Positions 9,116-22,532 are shown, numbered from the stretch's first letter. The stretch: DNA of 64,000 nt from Lama guanicoe (GCA_013239625.1 MU053557.1:2758123-2822122); one strand, 5' to 3'. Program-made: numbers and translations. Notes: generated by a model from the letters alone, not told the origin.

Positions 9116-12100
9116 CGAGGCTCCTCCCAACCGCGTCAGCAGCCCCAGGACTCTTCCCTAGCAGCAGTGGTGGCCGAGGCAGAGGCTGCGGCTGCTCTCT
9201 GCTGCAGTGGGGCGCACGCAGCCGCGAAGCGGCACCTGGGCGGCAAGCAGCTAGCTTGCAGGTTCACGGCAAAAGCACAGACGAGCGCTTCCAACCTCCC
9301 TTCTCCCGTGCCGCGCAGCTGAGGGCGGCGTTTACTCCAGCACCCAGAGTACCTAGCTTGCTGCCTTTCTCGGGACACCTGTGCTACAGAATAGCAGAGA
9401 GAAGTAGGTTCCCTTGGGTAGGCAAGAAGTCTACATTCCCGGTCCCTGTTGCCCTCTCTTCTATGATGCATGCGATCCCTTGATGAAGTTAAAGGGCGAG
9501 GCCTGCGGTTCGAAGCCCCACAGAGAGAGGTGAGTTTCATAGTCTAGCTGAAGCCCTCTCTGCGCTAGGAATAGAAGGGGGAGAAGGGGCCATAACTTTC
9601 CTGCCATCACACCCCACCTCTCCCTTTCCAGAGTCACAAAGATCTTCTAACTGTGATTAGTCAGTCCGAAAAAGCCCACCGTCCCAGCCGTAGGAACAGC
9701 TGATGTTTGCTCTCCACCTGAAAGGTTCGTTGGAGCCCTGTGCCCACAGAGAATCACTGCTTTCCGGAGGGAATTTCAAAGATCCAATGAATAAAAAAAA
9801 AAAAGTCCTGTCTTTCTACTTCAACTAGGAAGAAAACACAGAATCCCTACCTCCCCGACACGTTTCCCCAAATTGCAAATCACAAATTCTATATTTGAAA
9901 GAAAGTGAGATCATTATTGTTATGAAACAACTAAAGTCATTTATGAAGCAACCCAGCTCACATTTTAGAAAAGAAATGTCCCCGGTTTCCTCCTGTAGAA
10001 GGTACTCATTTCCATGGGTGAAACTGCAGGGAGAGACATCAGCGACTGCTTTGCTCAGTTAAGTTCCACAGGTTTAGCTGGATGAGCCCACAGGGACCTG
10101 TGAGTTAATTATATACATACAATGCTTCGGCTAACACAATTTAGAAAGTATTTGAAGTTCAAAATAAATGGAAAACAAGTCCTTAACTCAGGTTGGGAAT
10201 TGCCATTAGATTTCCATGAAGAATAGAGGCTTCTGGCAGGTGGAAAATGGCATTGTCCCCACCTCCAGAAAGCAACCTCCTGGGAGAAGAGAGTAGAAAT
10301 AGTCTTTGATATAATTTGCTGTGTGTGTTGGTGGGGGGTTCAGCTTAGAATAGATTTCATTTTATTCTCATCTTGTGATTAAGTCCTACGTACTTGTTTG
10401 ACTGTTTCTGCCAAATTCACATATAAAATTCCAGGAACAGAGGAAGAGTGGTGCAAGTTGATTTAATCCACTTCAACTCTACTTGCCATGGCTGGTTCTT
10501 CCACATCATGAGCTGTATCCATCACCAAGGCTCCAGGGGTCAGCTCATCTGTAGTTACACAGTCCAGCTTCTATTGCAAATTATCATAATTGCAGGTGTG
10601 GGGTGGGAAGAGGGGAAAAAAGCTAAATTCATCTCCAAGTGGTGAGAAGACATCTTGCTTTGATTTGAAATGACCGTTCATTGCCACCTTGGCATGGTAT
10701 TTGAGATATTCTCCTCCATATCTTTGTACAACGTGGGCCAGATTGGAACAGACTTGCAAGATGAATCAGGTGGGCCTCGGCTCATTGGCCAGGATGCACT
10801 TGAGCAATTTTCCACTGTAACCAATGGGAGAAATGTCCCCTCCATCAATCAAGTCTCCTGGTTTACTAAAACTTCCCTTTCCTGTTTCTTGCAAAATTCA
10901 TCCTGCATTTATTTTATTCAACAGTATGGGCACTTCTTCCCCGAGACATGAGTTCTGAAAAGGCAAATTAGATGGCTCTCCATTAAGTAGATTAAGTAGA
11001 TTCAGAGGGTTCTATTTTGTGAACCAGTCTTTACTATGGGCAATGAGGAACTAGCCCTTCCAACCAAAACCAAGAAAAGTACAGCCCTTGACTTTGTGTG
11101 TTAGCACAATGATGTGTAGTAAAGGAAGTCAGTGAGTGAAGGCAGCCCTGTGCAATCCTGTGGTTCTAAGAGGACTACACAGACCACTTCCCAGAAGACT
11201 CACTGACCTTCTTTCTCCTCCTCCAAGTCAAGTTCTTTCCAAAAGCTTTTGGCATTTGCACATGCCATTCATTCCCTGTGCCCCTTCCTTGTGTTCTTGG
11301 CACTCTTCAGCATCTCAGCTGAACTGTCCCGACTTCAATGAGGCATTTCCTGACCACATCATAGTCCGTTCCTCCAGTATTTTCTATCGCTATACCATTT
11401 TCCCCACTTTTCTTCTTCGTGGAATCTTGCATTTTGTAACAGTTTACTTACTATTGTCAACCAACCATTGTAACTCTGCTATTAAGTGTCTGGCATTTAG
11501 TAGATGCTCAATTATATTTATTGAATGGAGATAAATATTTCTTAAGTGGAGTAAATTACCGAATGTGTTCAGTGGTATTTAGGTTTTAGAGTTCTACATT
11601 TATTAAAATTCTCACCACCCCCAAACCCCAACAAGAAAACGTGTTGTGAGCCAGTATTATTCTAGCTTGTAACTCCTATTCCTATTGAAATAATTGTCCT
11701 GCCCATTCCTGTATGCATATGCACCAAAAATATTTACTGAGAACTTAATATACACCAAGAATTGTTTTAGGTACTGGGATATTTAAAACAGAACAGAGTC
11801 CCTTTCTTCACAGAACTGAAATTCTATCATCTGATTGTGGTAATACGAGTTTTCTTAGAAATAGAACAAATGCATTATAAATCAAGAGACTATAGCAAAA
11901 TGTTAAGTGCCAAGGCTCTGGTATCAAGCAAAGCTGATTTTCTGCCACTTACTATTATGTCCTTGAGCAAGTTACAAGATCTCCCTAAGTCATCTTTCTT
12001 TTTTTTTTAATGTATTAACTAGGAAGAAAAATAGTACTACTTAATGGAGTTACTGTGGGGACTACATGAGATAATACTTGGAAAGAATATACTGCTGTCA

Positions 12101-13402
12101 CATAGCAGTTATCACTAACTACTCACTATTATCAATAGTGAACAAATATTTACACACCTACCACGGGAGGTCCTGGGATAGGACGAGAGATTCAGCAGCA
12201 GCAGTGCTTAAGATGTACTGTCAGTCTCTGTCGTCATGGAACTTATGATCTTGTTTACAGTTTATGTAAAGGGGGCCACAAGCTACAAGAGGGGCAGCGG
12301 AGGTCACTCTGAAAGGCTGACCTCATTCAGGATTGTGCTTTACACAGAAAAGGCCAATTACAAATACACAGCCTTCTTAAGTTACACAATCCAGCATGAC
12401 AGCCTGTGAACACATTCTTTTTTCCATCACCTTTGTTACGCTCCCCCTCCCCCAATACTCTCATATACCCTCACCCTAGTCAGGCTCATGCTGCCTACAC
12501 TGGAACCTTGTAGGTCATCCTGTCCAATTAGCACATTAAATATCTACAATTTTTTTTTAAAACCTTTGACCTAAGCCAGCCTGGAGATTCTTAATACAGG
12601 CTTTAGGTGTCAGAGAGTCTTGGGTTTTTTGTCCCAGTTCAGACATTTATGAATTTCATGACCTTTGTCAAGCAGTTTAACATCTCTGAGCCTCTGTATT
12701 TGCAAAATGGAAGAAAATAATAGGAACTACTTCATCAGGTTGTTGAGTGGCTTCAGAGACAATGTAAGGAAAATGCTTAGTACAGGCTTGGCCCGTAGCC
12801 AGGACTCACTAAAAGGTCACTTCTTTCTCCTAGGAGTGGCTAATCGGGGTTTCATCGGGGAGAGTTGGGGAGAGGCACTACAAGGCAGTCACTCACGTGA
12901 ACACAAGTGACCTAGAAACCTGAGTGTTACAGCTATCAATCTGCCTTAAATGAGCACTAGAAACTGGACATATGAGATTTTACCACCTTGCAAAAAGCCC
13001 TTTATAAGCCACGAAGTTCTGTGCCAATGGGAGGAATCAGGATTATCCTTTCTTGATTTTCACATTACAGAGGTTCAGGCCTGACCACATTTGTCTATCA
13101 TGGAATCACATGAAATATCTCTCTAGGATCACTCAGCCCTGAATGTACAACTGTCTCTCTGAAGTGGTTTATGTTGCATGCCCAGAGAATGACCTCTTGA
13201 GTTTCTAGCAAGGTTTGCAATTCCTTTTTGTGCATGTTACAACACGTAATAAATACCACACGAGTGAGCCTTTAACCTAGGAGAAGAAAACAAAACATCT
13301 TGCCCTCAAAATGTTATTAATTCTAGATTCTGGATACTTAATGGATTTCACTGAGTACAATGTTTCCTCAGGTATCCCAGTACAGCAAGTTATGGGAGTA
13401 AA

Positions 13403-13663
13403 CAGTGTTATACTGGAGCTGGTGTGTACTGGCTGTAGAAAGCTGACTGTACCAATTACTTACATCTTTTTCCAGCTCTGCTTTGAGTGACATCACATTG
13501 GTTGCTTAAAATCTGAAATCTGCCATGGTGGGATATTTATATCATATAAATTTTTAAAAACCTATATAAATCAGGGCTTTTGGCTTTTTTGCGGGGGCTG
13601 GGGTGGGGTCGGGGTGGTGTGTGGAGGAAAGCTGATAGTCAAACATTTACCAGTATGCCAGTA
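13403..13663 (+). mobile_element. MER63-like hAT MITE
   Basis: CAGTGTTATACTGGAGC...GCCATGGTGGGATATTT...AAATCAGGGCT...AAACATTTACCAGTATGCCA; imperfect inverted ends. Confidence 0.7.
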
Positions 13664-14929
13664 GAAACACATTAATTGCTGATATATCTTTCTACTGATA
13701 CCTGTTATCTGTTCAAATTTCCTCTCAATGCCTCAACACTGCCTCCCAAGCTGTGTCAATTTCCAGTATACTGCACCATCCAATCAAACTTCATAATTTA
13801 AATAACTTAAATAATTTAATTTAAATAACTCTTAAAATCCTACCTTTGCCATAAAGATTTCCCATATCCATCAGAGGAAACCTAATGCCTTTGTTTCACC
13901 CCCTACAGGCTGGTTATGAAATTGCCATGGTGGATCTGTGACTGATGGCCCCTAAATTCTCCTAGAGCTGACGCCATGAGGAAAGCTGCATGCCCACTCA
14001 CAGTGAATCGTTCTTTTCTACTGCTTAAGCTCCACTGTCACCTGACTTTTGCCCTGGATTTGCCTAAATGCAAACCAAAACCATCCACTGTGCCTAATTT
14101 CATTGATAGCTCTTCTGCTTGCCTAGTCAGGATATTGATGCAATGATAGTAAAGGTACAAAAATCCAAGAGTCCAGACTGGAGAGCCTTTTCTCATTCAC
14201 AGGTTTGAGTTAAACTTAGGCTGTCTTATTCAAGACAGTTTTATTTTGCATTATATTTGTCAGGTATACAGTGAGGAGTTATAAAACCAGGTTAGTTAGC
14301 CAAAGCTCAAAGGGTGTTGTCTAGTACCTGATTACATGTTTCAAAGTAGAATTTCAGTATAATTTAAACAAAAAAAATATAGATTAGGAAATGTCCTTAA
14401 ATTTCTTTAAAGTGCACCAAGCAATAATACTTTACAGAATTCATCCTAAGAAAATAATCATGATGTGGGCAAAAATTTCACCATGAGGGTATTTTTCAGA
14501 GCACTGTTTATAACCATAAAAAACTGGATACAAGACAAATGTCCAACAATAGAATTGTCTAGGCAAATTATAGTATGTACATCTTGTGGAAAATTATTGA
14601 GCCATTGATTCACAGCTAACACTTGCTGGGCATCTATTATGTACTGGGCACTATACAAAGGATTTCACTAGCATTATCTCATTTTATTCTAACAACAGCC
14701 CCTATAAGGTAAGTATTATTATTATCTCCATTTTACTGAGGCTAATAGGGATAAATAATATACCCAGAGTCAAACAAATAGGAGCCTGGCACTGTATGTG
14801 TGTATCTGTGTGTTGGGTGGGTTGAGATCCCAACAGAATCTTGGAGGTCTTTTTCCAAACCACCCACCACTAGAGTCTGATCCGTCCCTCTTAGGAATGA
14901 ATAGCCTTTCAGTTGAAAATCACTACTAT

Positions 14930-15557
14930 TGTGATGGTGAGGAGGTGGCGAAATTGGAACCATCACACCCTGCTTGTGGGACTGTATAATGCAGCCACAA
15001 ATAGTTGGGCAGTTCCTCAAAATGTGAAACAAGAGTTCCCATTTGACTCCGCAATTCCACTTCTAGGTGTAAATCCAAGACAGCAGAAAACATATTCACA
15101 TTAAAACTTGTAGATGAATATTCATAGCAGCATTATTCATAGCATCCCCGAAGTGGAGACAACCCAAATATTCATTAGCTGCTAAATGGATGAATAAAAT
15201 GTGATATAACTACACAAAGGATTATTATTCAGCTATGAAAAGGAATGAAGTACTGATACAAGCTACAATATGGGTAGACCTTGAAAATATTACCCTAAGT
15301 AAAAGAAGCCAGTCAGAAATGACCATGTGTTGCATGATTCCATTTACGTGAAATGTTCAGAATGGACAAATCCATAGAGACAAAGTAGGCTAGTTGCCAG
15401 GGGCGGAGGTTGGGGGAATGAGAGTGACTGCTTATAGTTTGGCGATTTCTTTTTGGAATAATGAAAATGTTCTAAAATTACATAAGGGCAATCAATAGCT
15501 GCACAACTCTGAATATACTAAAACCCGCTGAATGGTACACTTTAAAAGGATGTTTCA
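14930..15557 (+). mobile_element. Old L1 (L1MB-like) 3' end
   Basis: GCAATTCCACTTCTAGGT...AATGAAGTACTGATACA...CTGAATGGTACACTTTAAAAGG. Confidence 0.85.
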
Positions 15558-15845
15558 AAAGGTACAAACTTCGTTATAAGATAAATAAGTACCAGAGATG
15601 TAATGTACAACATGACAAATACAATTAGCACTTAACTTGTTAAGAGAGTAAATACTAAGAGCTCTCATTACAAGGAAAATTTGTTTCCTATTTAATTTCC
15701 TGTCTATATGAGATGACGCACGTTCACTGAACTTACTGTGATAATCATTTCATGATATATGTAAATCAAATCATTATGCTGCACACCTTAAATTTATACA
15801 GGGCTGTATGTCAATTATATACCAATAAAACTGGAAGAGAAAAAA
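15558..15845 (+). mobile_element. L1 3' UTR tail nested in the previous element
   Basis: Same tail as 23380-23670; degenerate TSD AAAAGGATGTTTCA (15544-15557) and AAAAGGAGTATTTCA (15843-15857). Confidence 0.75.
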
Positions 15846-16271
15846 AGGAGTATTTCAATAAAGCTGTTATTAAAGATTAAAAAATTAAAGAATATCTCAA
15901 TAAGCCTGTTATTAAATACTTAAAAATTTCTGCTATCATAAACCACTATTACTTCTAGGAGTATGATATATCCTTCAGGTTAATATTAGTGCAGAAAAAT
16001 GTAAAGGTATGTAATGACAAGGATAGATGTTCATGCTATGTTGTTAAAAAAGTCAAAACACAATGTACACTAACTAGTTATAAAAATGTGTGTATTGCAA
16101 AAGAAATACATGAAAATACTTAGCAGTGGTTATGTGTGGTTCTTTGTTGTTCATATTTTCATCAAAGAAAATTTAGAACACGTATCATTTTTGTAGTAAG
16201 ACGAAATTTTAAAGTTTTTTTAGTGTTATGAAACACTTTCTAGGGTGAAACTTTGTATTGAAAAGATCAAA

Positions 16272-19200
16272 TACAATAGAGATTAACAAGACCATAGAAA
16301 AAATCAACCAAACCAAAAGCTGGTTTTTTGAAAAAGTAAATAAAATCGACAAACCTCTGGCCAAACTCACAAAGAAGAAAAAAGAGAGAGCACAAATTAG
16401 CAAAATAAGAAAGGAAAATGGAGAAATTACAACAAACAAAATAGAAATACAGAATATCATACGAGAATATTATGAAAAACTATATGGAACCAAACTGGAT
16501 AACCTAGAGGAGATGGACAAGTTTCTGGAAACATACTGTCCACCAAAACTGAATCAAGAAGAAACTGAACACTTGAACAATCCGATCACTAGAAAGGAAA
16601 TAGAAATAGCAATTAAAAACCTCCCTACAAATAAAAGTCCAGGACCGGACGGCTTCACCGGGGAATTCTACCAAACATACAAAGAAGAACTCATACCAGT
16701 CCTTCTCAAACTCTTCCAGACGATTGAAAAGGAGGGAATACTCCCAAACTCATTCTATGAAGCCACCATCACCCTGATACCAAAACCAGGCAAAGACACT
16801 ACAAAAAAAGAGAATTATAGGCCAATATCACTGATGAACATAGACGCCAAAATCCTCACCAAAATTTTAGCAAATAGAATCCAACAACACATAAAAAAGA
16901 TTATACATCATGACCAAGTGGGGTTCATCCCAGGGACACAAGGCTGGTTCAACATACGCAAATCAATCAATGTAATACATCACATCAACAAGAGAAAGGA
17001 CAAAAACCACATGATCATCTCAATCGATGCAGAAAAAGCATTTGATAAAATTCAACACCCATTTATGATAAAAACTCTCGCCAAAGTGGGTATAGAGGGA
17101 ACATATCTCAACATAATAAAAGCTATATATGACAAACCTATAGCCAGCATAGTTCTCAACGGTGAAAAACTCAAAAGCTTCCCACTAAAATCTGGGACAA
17201 GACAAGGATGCCCACTATCACCACTCCTATTCAATATAGTCCTGGAAGTCCTAGCCACAGCAATCAGGCAAGAGAAAGAAATAAAAGGGATCCAAATTGG
17301 AAAAGAAGAGGTAAAAGTGTCATTATATGCTGACGACATGTTACTATATATAGAAAACCCTAAAAGGTCCACAAAAAAGCTACTAGAGCTGATCGAAGAA
17401 TTCAGCAAGGTAGCAGGTTACAAAATTAATGTTCAAAAATCAGTTGCCTTTCTTTACACTAACGATAAATCAACAGAAAAAGAAAGTAAAGAAACAATCC
17501 CCTTTAAAATAGCACCCAAAGTAATAAAATATCTGGGAATAAATCTAACCAAGGAGGTGAAAGAATTATACACAGAAAACTATAAACCATTGATGAAGGA
17601 AATTAAAGAAGACTTTAAAAAATGGAAAGATATTCCATGCTCTTGGATTGGAAGAATCAATATTGTTAAAATGGTCACACTGCCCAAGGCAATCTACAGA
17701 TTTAATGCAATCCCTATCCAATTACCCAGGACATATTTCACAGAACTAGAACAAATCATAATAAAATTTATATGGAACCATCAAAGACCTAGAATTGCTA
17801 AAGCATTACTGAAGAGAAAGAAAGAGGCTGGAGGAATAACTCTCCCAGACTTCAGACAATACTATAGAGCTACAGTCATCAAGACAGCATGGTATTGGTA
17901 CCAAAACAGACATATAGACCAATGGAACAGAATAGAGAGCCCAGAAATGAACCCACAAACTTTTGGTCAACTCATCTTCGACAAAGGAGGCAAGAATATA
18001 CAATGGAATAAAGACAGTCTCTTCAGCAAATGGTGTTGGGAAAACTGGACAGCAGCATGTAAAACAATGAAGCTAGAACACACCCTTACACCATATACAA
18101 AAATCAACTCAAAATGGATTAAAGACTTAAACATAAGACAAGATACAATAAACCTCCTAGAGGAAAACATAGGCAAAACATTATCTGACATACATTTCAA
18201 AAATTTTCTCCTAGAAGAAATAAAAGCAAGAATAAACAAATGGGACCTAATGAAACTTACAAGCTTCTGCAGAGCAAAGGAAACCAGAAATAAAACAAGA
18301 AGAAAACCTACGGAATGGGAGAAAATTTTTGCAAGTGAAACCGACAAAGGCTTGATCTCCAAAATATATAAGCAGCTCATACGACTCAATAAGAAAAAAA
18401 TAAACAACCCAATCCAAAAATGGGCAGAAGACCTAAACAAGCAATTCTCCAAGGAAGACATACAAATGATCAAAAAGCACATGAAAAAATGTTCAATATC
18501 ACTAATTATCAGAGAAATGCAAATCAAAACTACAATGAGGTATCACCTCACACCAGTCAGAATGGCCGTCATTCAAAAATCCAAAAATGACAAATGCTGG
18601 AGAGGCTGTGGAGAAAGGGGAACCCTCCTACACTGCTGGTGGGAATGCAGTTTGGTGCAGCCACTATGGAAAACAGTGTGGAGATTCCTCAAAAGACTAG
18701 GAATAGACTTACCATATGACCCAGGAATCCCACTCCTGGGCTTGTACCCAGAAGGAAATCTACTTCAGGATGACACCTGCACCCCAATGTTCATAGCAGC
18801 ACTATTTACAATAGCCAAAACATGGAAACAACCTAAATGTCCATCAACAGGTGACTGGATAAAGAAGAAGTGGTATATTTATACAATGGAATACTACTCA
18901 GCCATAAAAACCGACAACATAATGCCATTTGCAGCAACATGGATGATCCTAGAGAATGTCATTCTAAGTGAAGTAAGCCAGAAAGAGAAAGAAAAATACC
19001 ATATGAGATCGCTCATATGTGGAATCTAAAAAACAAAAACAAACAAAAACAAAGCATAAATACAGGACAGAAATAGACTCATGGACAGAGAATACAGACT
19101 TGTGGTTACCAGGGGGGTAGAGGATGGGAAGGGATAGACTGGGATTTCAAAATTGTAGAATAGATAAACAAGATTACACTGTATAGCACAGGGAAATATA

Positions 19201-19351
19201 CACAAAATGTTATGATAAATCACAGAGAAAAAAATGTGACAATGAGTGTGTATATGTCCATGAATGAGTGAAAAATTGTGCTGAACACTGGAATTTGACA
19301 CAACACTGTAAAATGATTATGAATCAATAAAAAATGTAAAAAAAAGAAAAA
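16272..19351 (+). mobile_element. Young 5'-truncated LINE-1 (~3.1 kb)
   Basis: Uninterrupted ORF2 remnant, 3' UTR, AATAAA 19326-19331, A-rich tail, perfect 12-bp TSD GAAAAGATCAAA (16260-16271 and 19352-19363). Confidence 0.97.
16273..19029 (+). CDS. LINE-1 ORF2p, N-terminally truncated: no endonuclease; PIP box, Z domain, reverse transcriptase and Cys-rich C-terminus present
   Basis: Motifs [61 protein letters not shown]. No stop until 19027-19029. Expression unknown; first in-frame ATG at 16513. Confidence 0.9.
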   Translation, partial: TIEINKTIEKINQTKSWFFEKVNKIDKPLAKLTKKKKERAQISKIRKENGEITTNKIEIQNIIREYYEKLYGTKLDNLEEMDKFLETYCPPKLNQEETEHLNNPITRKEIEIAIKNLPTNKSPGPDGFTGEFYQTYKEELIPVLLKLFQTIEKEGILPNSFYEATITLIPKPGKDTTKKENYRPISLMNIDAKILTKILANRIQQHIKKIIHHDQVGFIPGTQGWFNIRKSINVIHHINKRKDKNHMIISIDAEKAFDKIQHPFMIKTLAKVGIEGTYLNIIKAIYDKPIASIVLNGEKLKSFPLKSGTRQGCPLSPLLFNIVLEVLATAIRQEKEIKGIQIGKEEVKVSLYADDMLLYIENPKRSTKKLLELIEEFSKVAGYKINVQKSVAFLYTNDKSTEKESKETIPFKIAPKVIKYLGINLTKEVKELYTENYKPLMKEIKEDFKKWKDIPCSWIGRINIVKMVTLPKAIYRFNAIPIQLPRTYFTELEQIIIKFIWNHQRPRIAKALLKRKKEAGGITLPDFRQYYRATVIKTAWYWYQNRHIDQWNRIESPEMNPQTFGQLIFDKGGKNIQWNKDSLFSKWCWENWTAACKTMKLEHTLTPYTKINSKWIKDLNIRQDTINLLEENIGKTLSDIHFKNFLLEEIKARINKWDLMKLTSFCRAKETRNKTRRKPTEWEKIFASETDKGLISKIYKQLIRLNKKKINNPIQKWAEDLNKQFSKEDIQMIKKHMKKCSISLIIREMQIKTTMRYHLTPVRMAVIQKSKNDKCWRGCGERGTLLHCWWECSLVQPLWKTVWRFLKRLGIDLPYDPGIPLLGLYPEGNLLQDDTCTPMFIAALFTIAKTWKQPKCPSTGDWIKKKWYIYTMEYYSAIKTDNIMPFAATWMILENVILSEVSQKEKEKYHMRSLICGI

Positions 19352-19464
19352 GAAAAGATCAAAAATCATTTTCTGCACATCAGAAAACTGAGAGACCCCG
19401 ATATAAATGTATATGCTATCAAATGCACAAAACAGCTCTCTCCAACAGGAATTAATGCAAGTTA

Positions 19465-19765
19465 CATTCATAACTGTAGGTTTTTCAAGTTGCCACATTA
19501 ACAAGGGAAAAGAAACAGCTGAAATTAATTTTAATAGTATTTTTAAATATTAAAAAATTTGAAAATGAAAATATTTTATTTAATGAAATATATCAAAACA
19601 TTGTGATTTCAACATGTAATCAATAAAAAATAATGATATACTTATAGTCTTTTTAATGCCAAGTCTTTGAAATCTGGTGTGCATTTTATACTTAACAGCA
19701 CTTCTAAGAACCAGGCACATTTCTAGGGCTCAATAACCACACAGGCTTAGTGACTACAGCACAGG
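19465..19765 (-). mobile_element. MER33-like hAT-Charlie MITE
   Basis: Reverse-complement similarity to 38380-38600 (TTTCAACATGTAATCAATAAAA, GAAATCTGGTGTGCATTTTATACTT). Confidence 0.72.
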
Positions 19766-20499
19766 TAGAGAGGAACTAAAAACATGCTATTTCATTCACA
19801 AAATGAGCTTTATCATATTCTTCTAAAGAAAAATTTTCATCGACCAAGGACTTGAACTAGACTGTAATGCCAAAACCACACTAAGAAACTAATCTGATAA
19901 ACCTGACAACTATTTAAAGTAATACAAACTGAGTATGAAAAAATATACAGACATACCTACACATATACACATATATTAATATAATAGTAAATTTGAACCC
20001 AATCTGCATTTCCCCTAAAATTAGTAAGCTGAATTAATAGAATGATAAAAGATCAAGACTCTAAGATGTGCTAAGATGCCACTACATAACAATATATAAT
20101 AGATAACAAGAAAGGTGTAATTCAGTCCTTGAAATTGTCACCACCCTAATAGGCCAACTATTTAGTTCAACAACTTTGGCTTCAATTCCAGCCAGCAGAA
20201 GAAGCCAAATAGCTAGATGTCACTATTAAAAAAAAGAATTTTCACAGCTGGGCATCTGGACTCTATTACGACCACTAAAGGTGGAGAAATTTAATGGTAC
20301 AGTTATAGGAATCTGGCTGAGAACTATTAGTCTTTCAGATTGGATCAGCGAGTAGAATTGTGTGGTCACATGATGAGTGGATTAATTTCCAAGGACTTAA
20401 CTGAATTAGAGGCACCATTGCCTTTAACATTTGCATGCAAACAGTTTGGTGCATACAGCTGAGCACTCCCTCCTTTCTAAGCATCTGAGGTGACCTTAT

Positions 20500-21495
20500 T
20501 CAGTCATGGCTTGCCACTCACTCGATGATAAAATCCCATAACTGAATGTTGAGCACAAACCTCTCCCCTGACCTCCAGACTGGTATCACTGACAGCTGAC
20601 CTGATATTGCCCTGAGTATCCACCAGGCATCTCAACCCCTAATGCCACCCCCACCATACCTACTCCACCTCCTGTTCCTTGATGCCTCTCTCATTCCCCA
20701 CATCCTTCCAGTTCATCAACAAATCCTGCTAGCTCTAACTTCAAAATGCATCCAGAATCCAGTCATTTCTCACTACCTCCACGGCCACTACCAGCCTCCA
20801 ACTACCATCGTATCTCATCATGATAGTTTCAATAGACTCTAACAAGTGTGTGATCCCTCCTTCACCCCTCTACAGAATAGCTTCTGTGCAGCAGGCGGAA
20901 TGGTCCTTTTAAATGCAAATCGCTTCATGTCACTTTTCTACTCAAAGCCCTTTATTGGCTTCCTACACATTTAGAGTAACACTTCTTAAAATGCTGGAAA
21001 GATTTGGCTCCAGCTATACCTCTGTCCTTTTCTTTCTTTCTTTTCATTTTTCACCTGCAGCATCACCACCTCTTCTCTCAATCCCCTTCTCTCCACCCCA
21101 CACATAGACATAATGGCATCCTTATTGTTTGCCAAACATACCAGGAAGAGCACTCCCACCCAGAACCTTTGCACCTGCCATCCCCTAGGCACCTTCCTTC
21201 AGACAGCAGCATAGCTCAGAGCTTCACTTCATTCAGCTGTCAATCCAGAACTGACTTTTCTGAGATGCCTTTCTTGACCACTTCATATAAAATAAAATAG
21301 CACCCCTTCCTCCCAGTACTCCCTATCCCTGTGTTGATACCTGACAGTATACATTGATTTGGCTTTGGTTAATACACTAGTAGAACATAATTTCCAGGGA
21401 GACAGGGATATTTTTGTTCTCTGTACTGTATCTGGCGCTAGAACAGTGTCTGGCACACATTGGTTACTTTAATGTACCTTTGGAAAGAATGAAAC
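20500..21495 (+). mobile_element. L2 remnant
   Basis: CTCTCCCCTGACCTCCAGACT...CTAGAACAGTGTCTGGCACACA...GAATGAA. Confidence 0.75.
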
Positions 21496-21562
21496 ACTGT
21501 GTGTTCCCTTAAAAAGAAGATCAAACAAGAGGGGATCTTAATAAACAATAAGCCTAAGATTC

Positions 21563-22172
21563 TTGCATAGTAAAGAATATGTCCTTGACCAAAGAGAGGT
21601 CTGGTTTTTGCCCTAGGTTTCTAGGAGGTAATCTATGTCAAACCTAATAGCAGTGTCTTTGTCTGGGGTGGGAGCTGCTACCTCTAACAGTTATGGTGGG
21701 GCACTGGCCACACCAGAAAGACCATGTGATGTAGGGTGGAGGATTTGGGTTGACCTGGAAACAAAGTTCAACCATGTGGGCAATTAATCAATGAGTCATG
21801 CCTGTATAATGCTCCAAAAAATCCTCTGAACACCAGGCTTAGGTGAGCTTACCTGATTAGCAATACTCCATGCATATTGTCATACATCAATGCCAGGAGG
21901 GTAATGTGTCCTGAGAACAATGGAAACTTCAAGTCTGGGATGTCTCTGACTCTGCCCAGTACATCCCCCTTCCTTTGGCTGATTTTAATGTGTCCTTTTC
22001 CTGTAATAAACTGCAACCATGAATATAATACCTTTATACTAATAGTTCTGGGAGTCCTAGTGAATTATCAAAATTGAAGGGAGTTTTGGAAACCTCCAAA
22101 CTTGCAGTTGATGTCACAAGTGAGGACAGTCTTGAGAACTCTGCCCTTAAACATTGTGACTTCGCTAACTCC
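21563..22172 (+). mobile_element. Solo LTR, MER21-like
   Basis: CCACACCAGAAAGACC, CAATGAGTCATGCCT, GTAATAAACTGCAACCATGAATATA, GTGAATTATCAAA motifs recalled for this family. Confidence 0.6.
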
Positions 22173-22532
22173 AGGTAGTATCAAACACATACCCAACAAG
22201 GTTCATGGTAAGATGTGGCTTAGCAATCATTCATTTTGGCCCATTATTTTGCTAATGAAGAAAGTGAGGCTTCCAGAAAAGAACTGACTTGCCCAGATCA
22301 CCCAGTGGTTGACAGACCCAGGGCATGGACCCTGGTGTCCTGGCTCCCACGCTCACTCCTCCACAATGACTCTCAACTTTTGTTTTGGGAGACACACTAC
22401 TTTTTCTTAAGAGGGAAAATAGCAAGTTATTGGACAATTAAATTGGCTTAACTTCCCAATACTTTAATCAATGAATTATGTCTGTATAAATGGAGCTCTA
22501 AGGGGAGAAATTACTCATCTCTTTTAAAAGTC

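Larger units (their letters stand above)
8090..9520. promoter_or_regulatory. CpG island / PPP2R2B B-beta1 promoter
   Basis: Abruptly GC- and CpG-rich in an otherwise CpG-depleted window. CRE half-site CGTCA 9134-9138, E-box CAGCTG 9062-9067, GC box GGGCGG 9323-9328. Confidence 0.92.

Noticed and set aside
8112..9540. Overlapping Pro/Ala/Gly/Arg-rich ORFs in the CpG island
   Set aside because: Stop codons are scarce in GC-rich DNA, and I recognise no domain.
16258..16271. TTG start of the 923-aa ORF
   Set aside because: It lies in flank/TSD sequence; the frame is open by chance upstream of the truncation point.
16272..19351. Reverse transcriptase as part of a novel RT system
   Set aside because: Motifs, 3' UTR, tail and TSD are all those of an ordinary LINE-1.
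16209..19504. Minus-strand hydrophobic ORFs (16209, 17052, 17806, 17967, 19026, 19220)
   Set aside because: Antisense shadows of A-rich L1 sequence.
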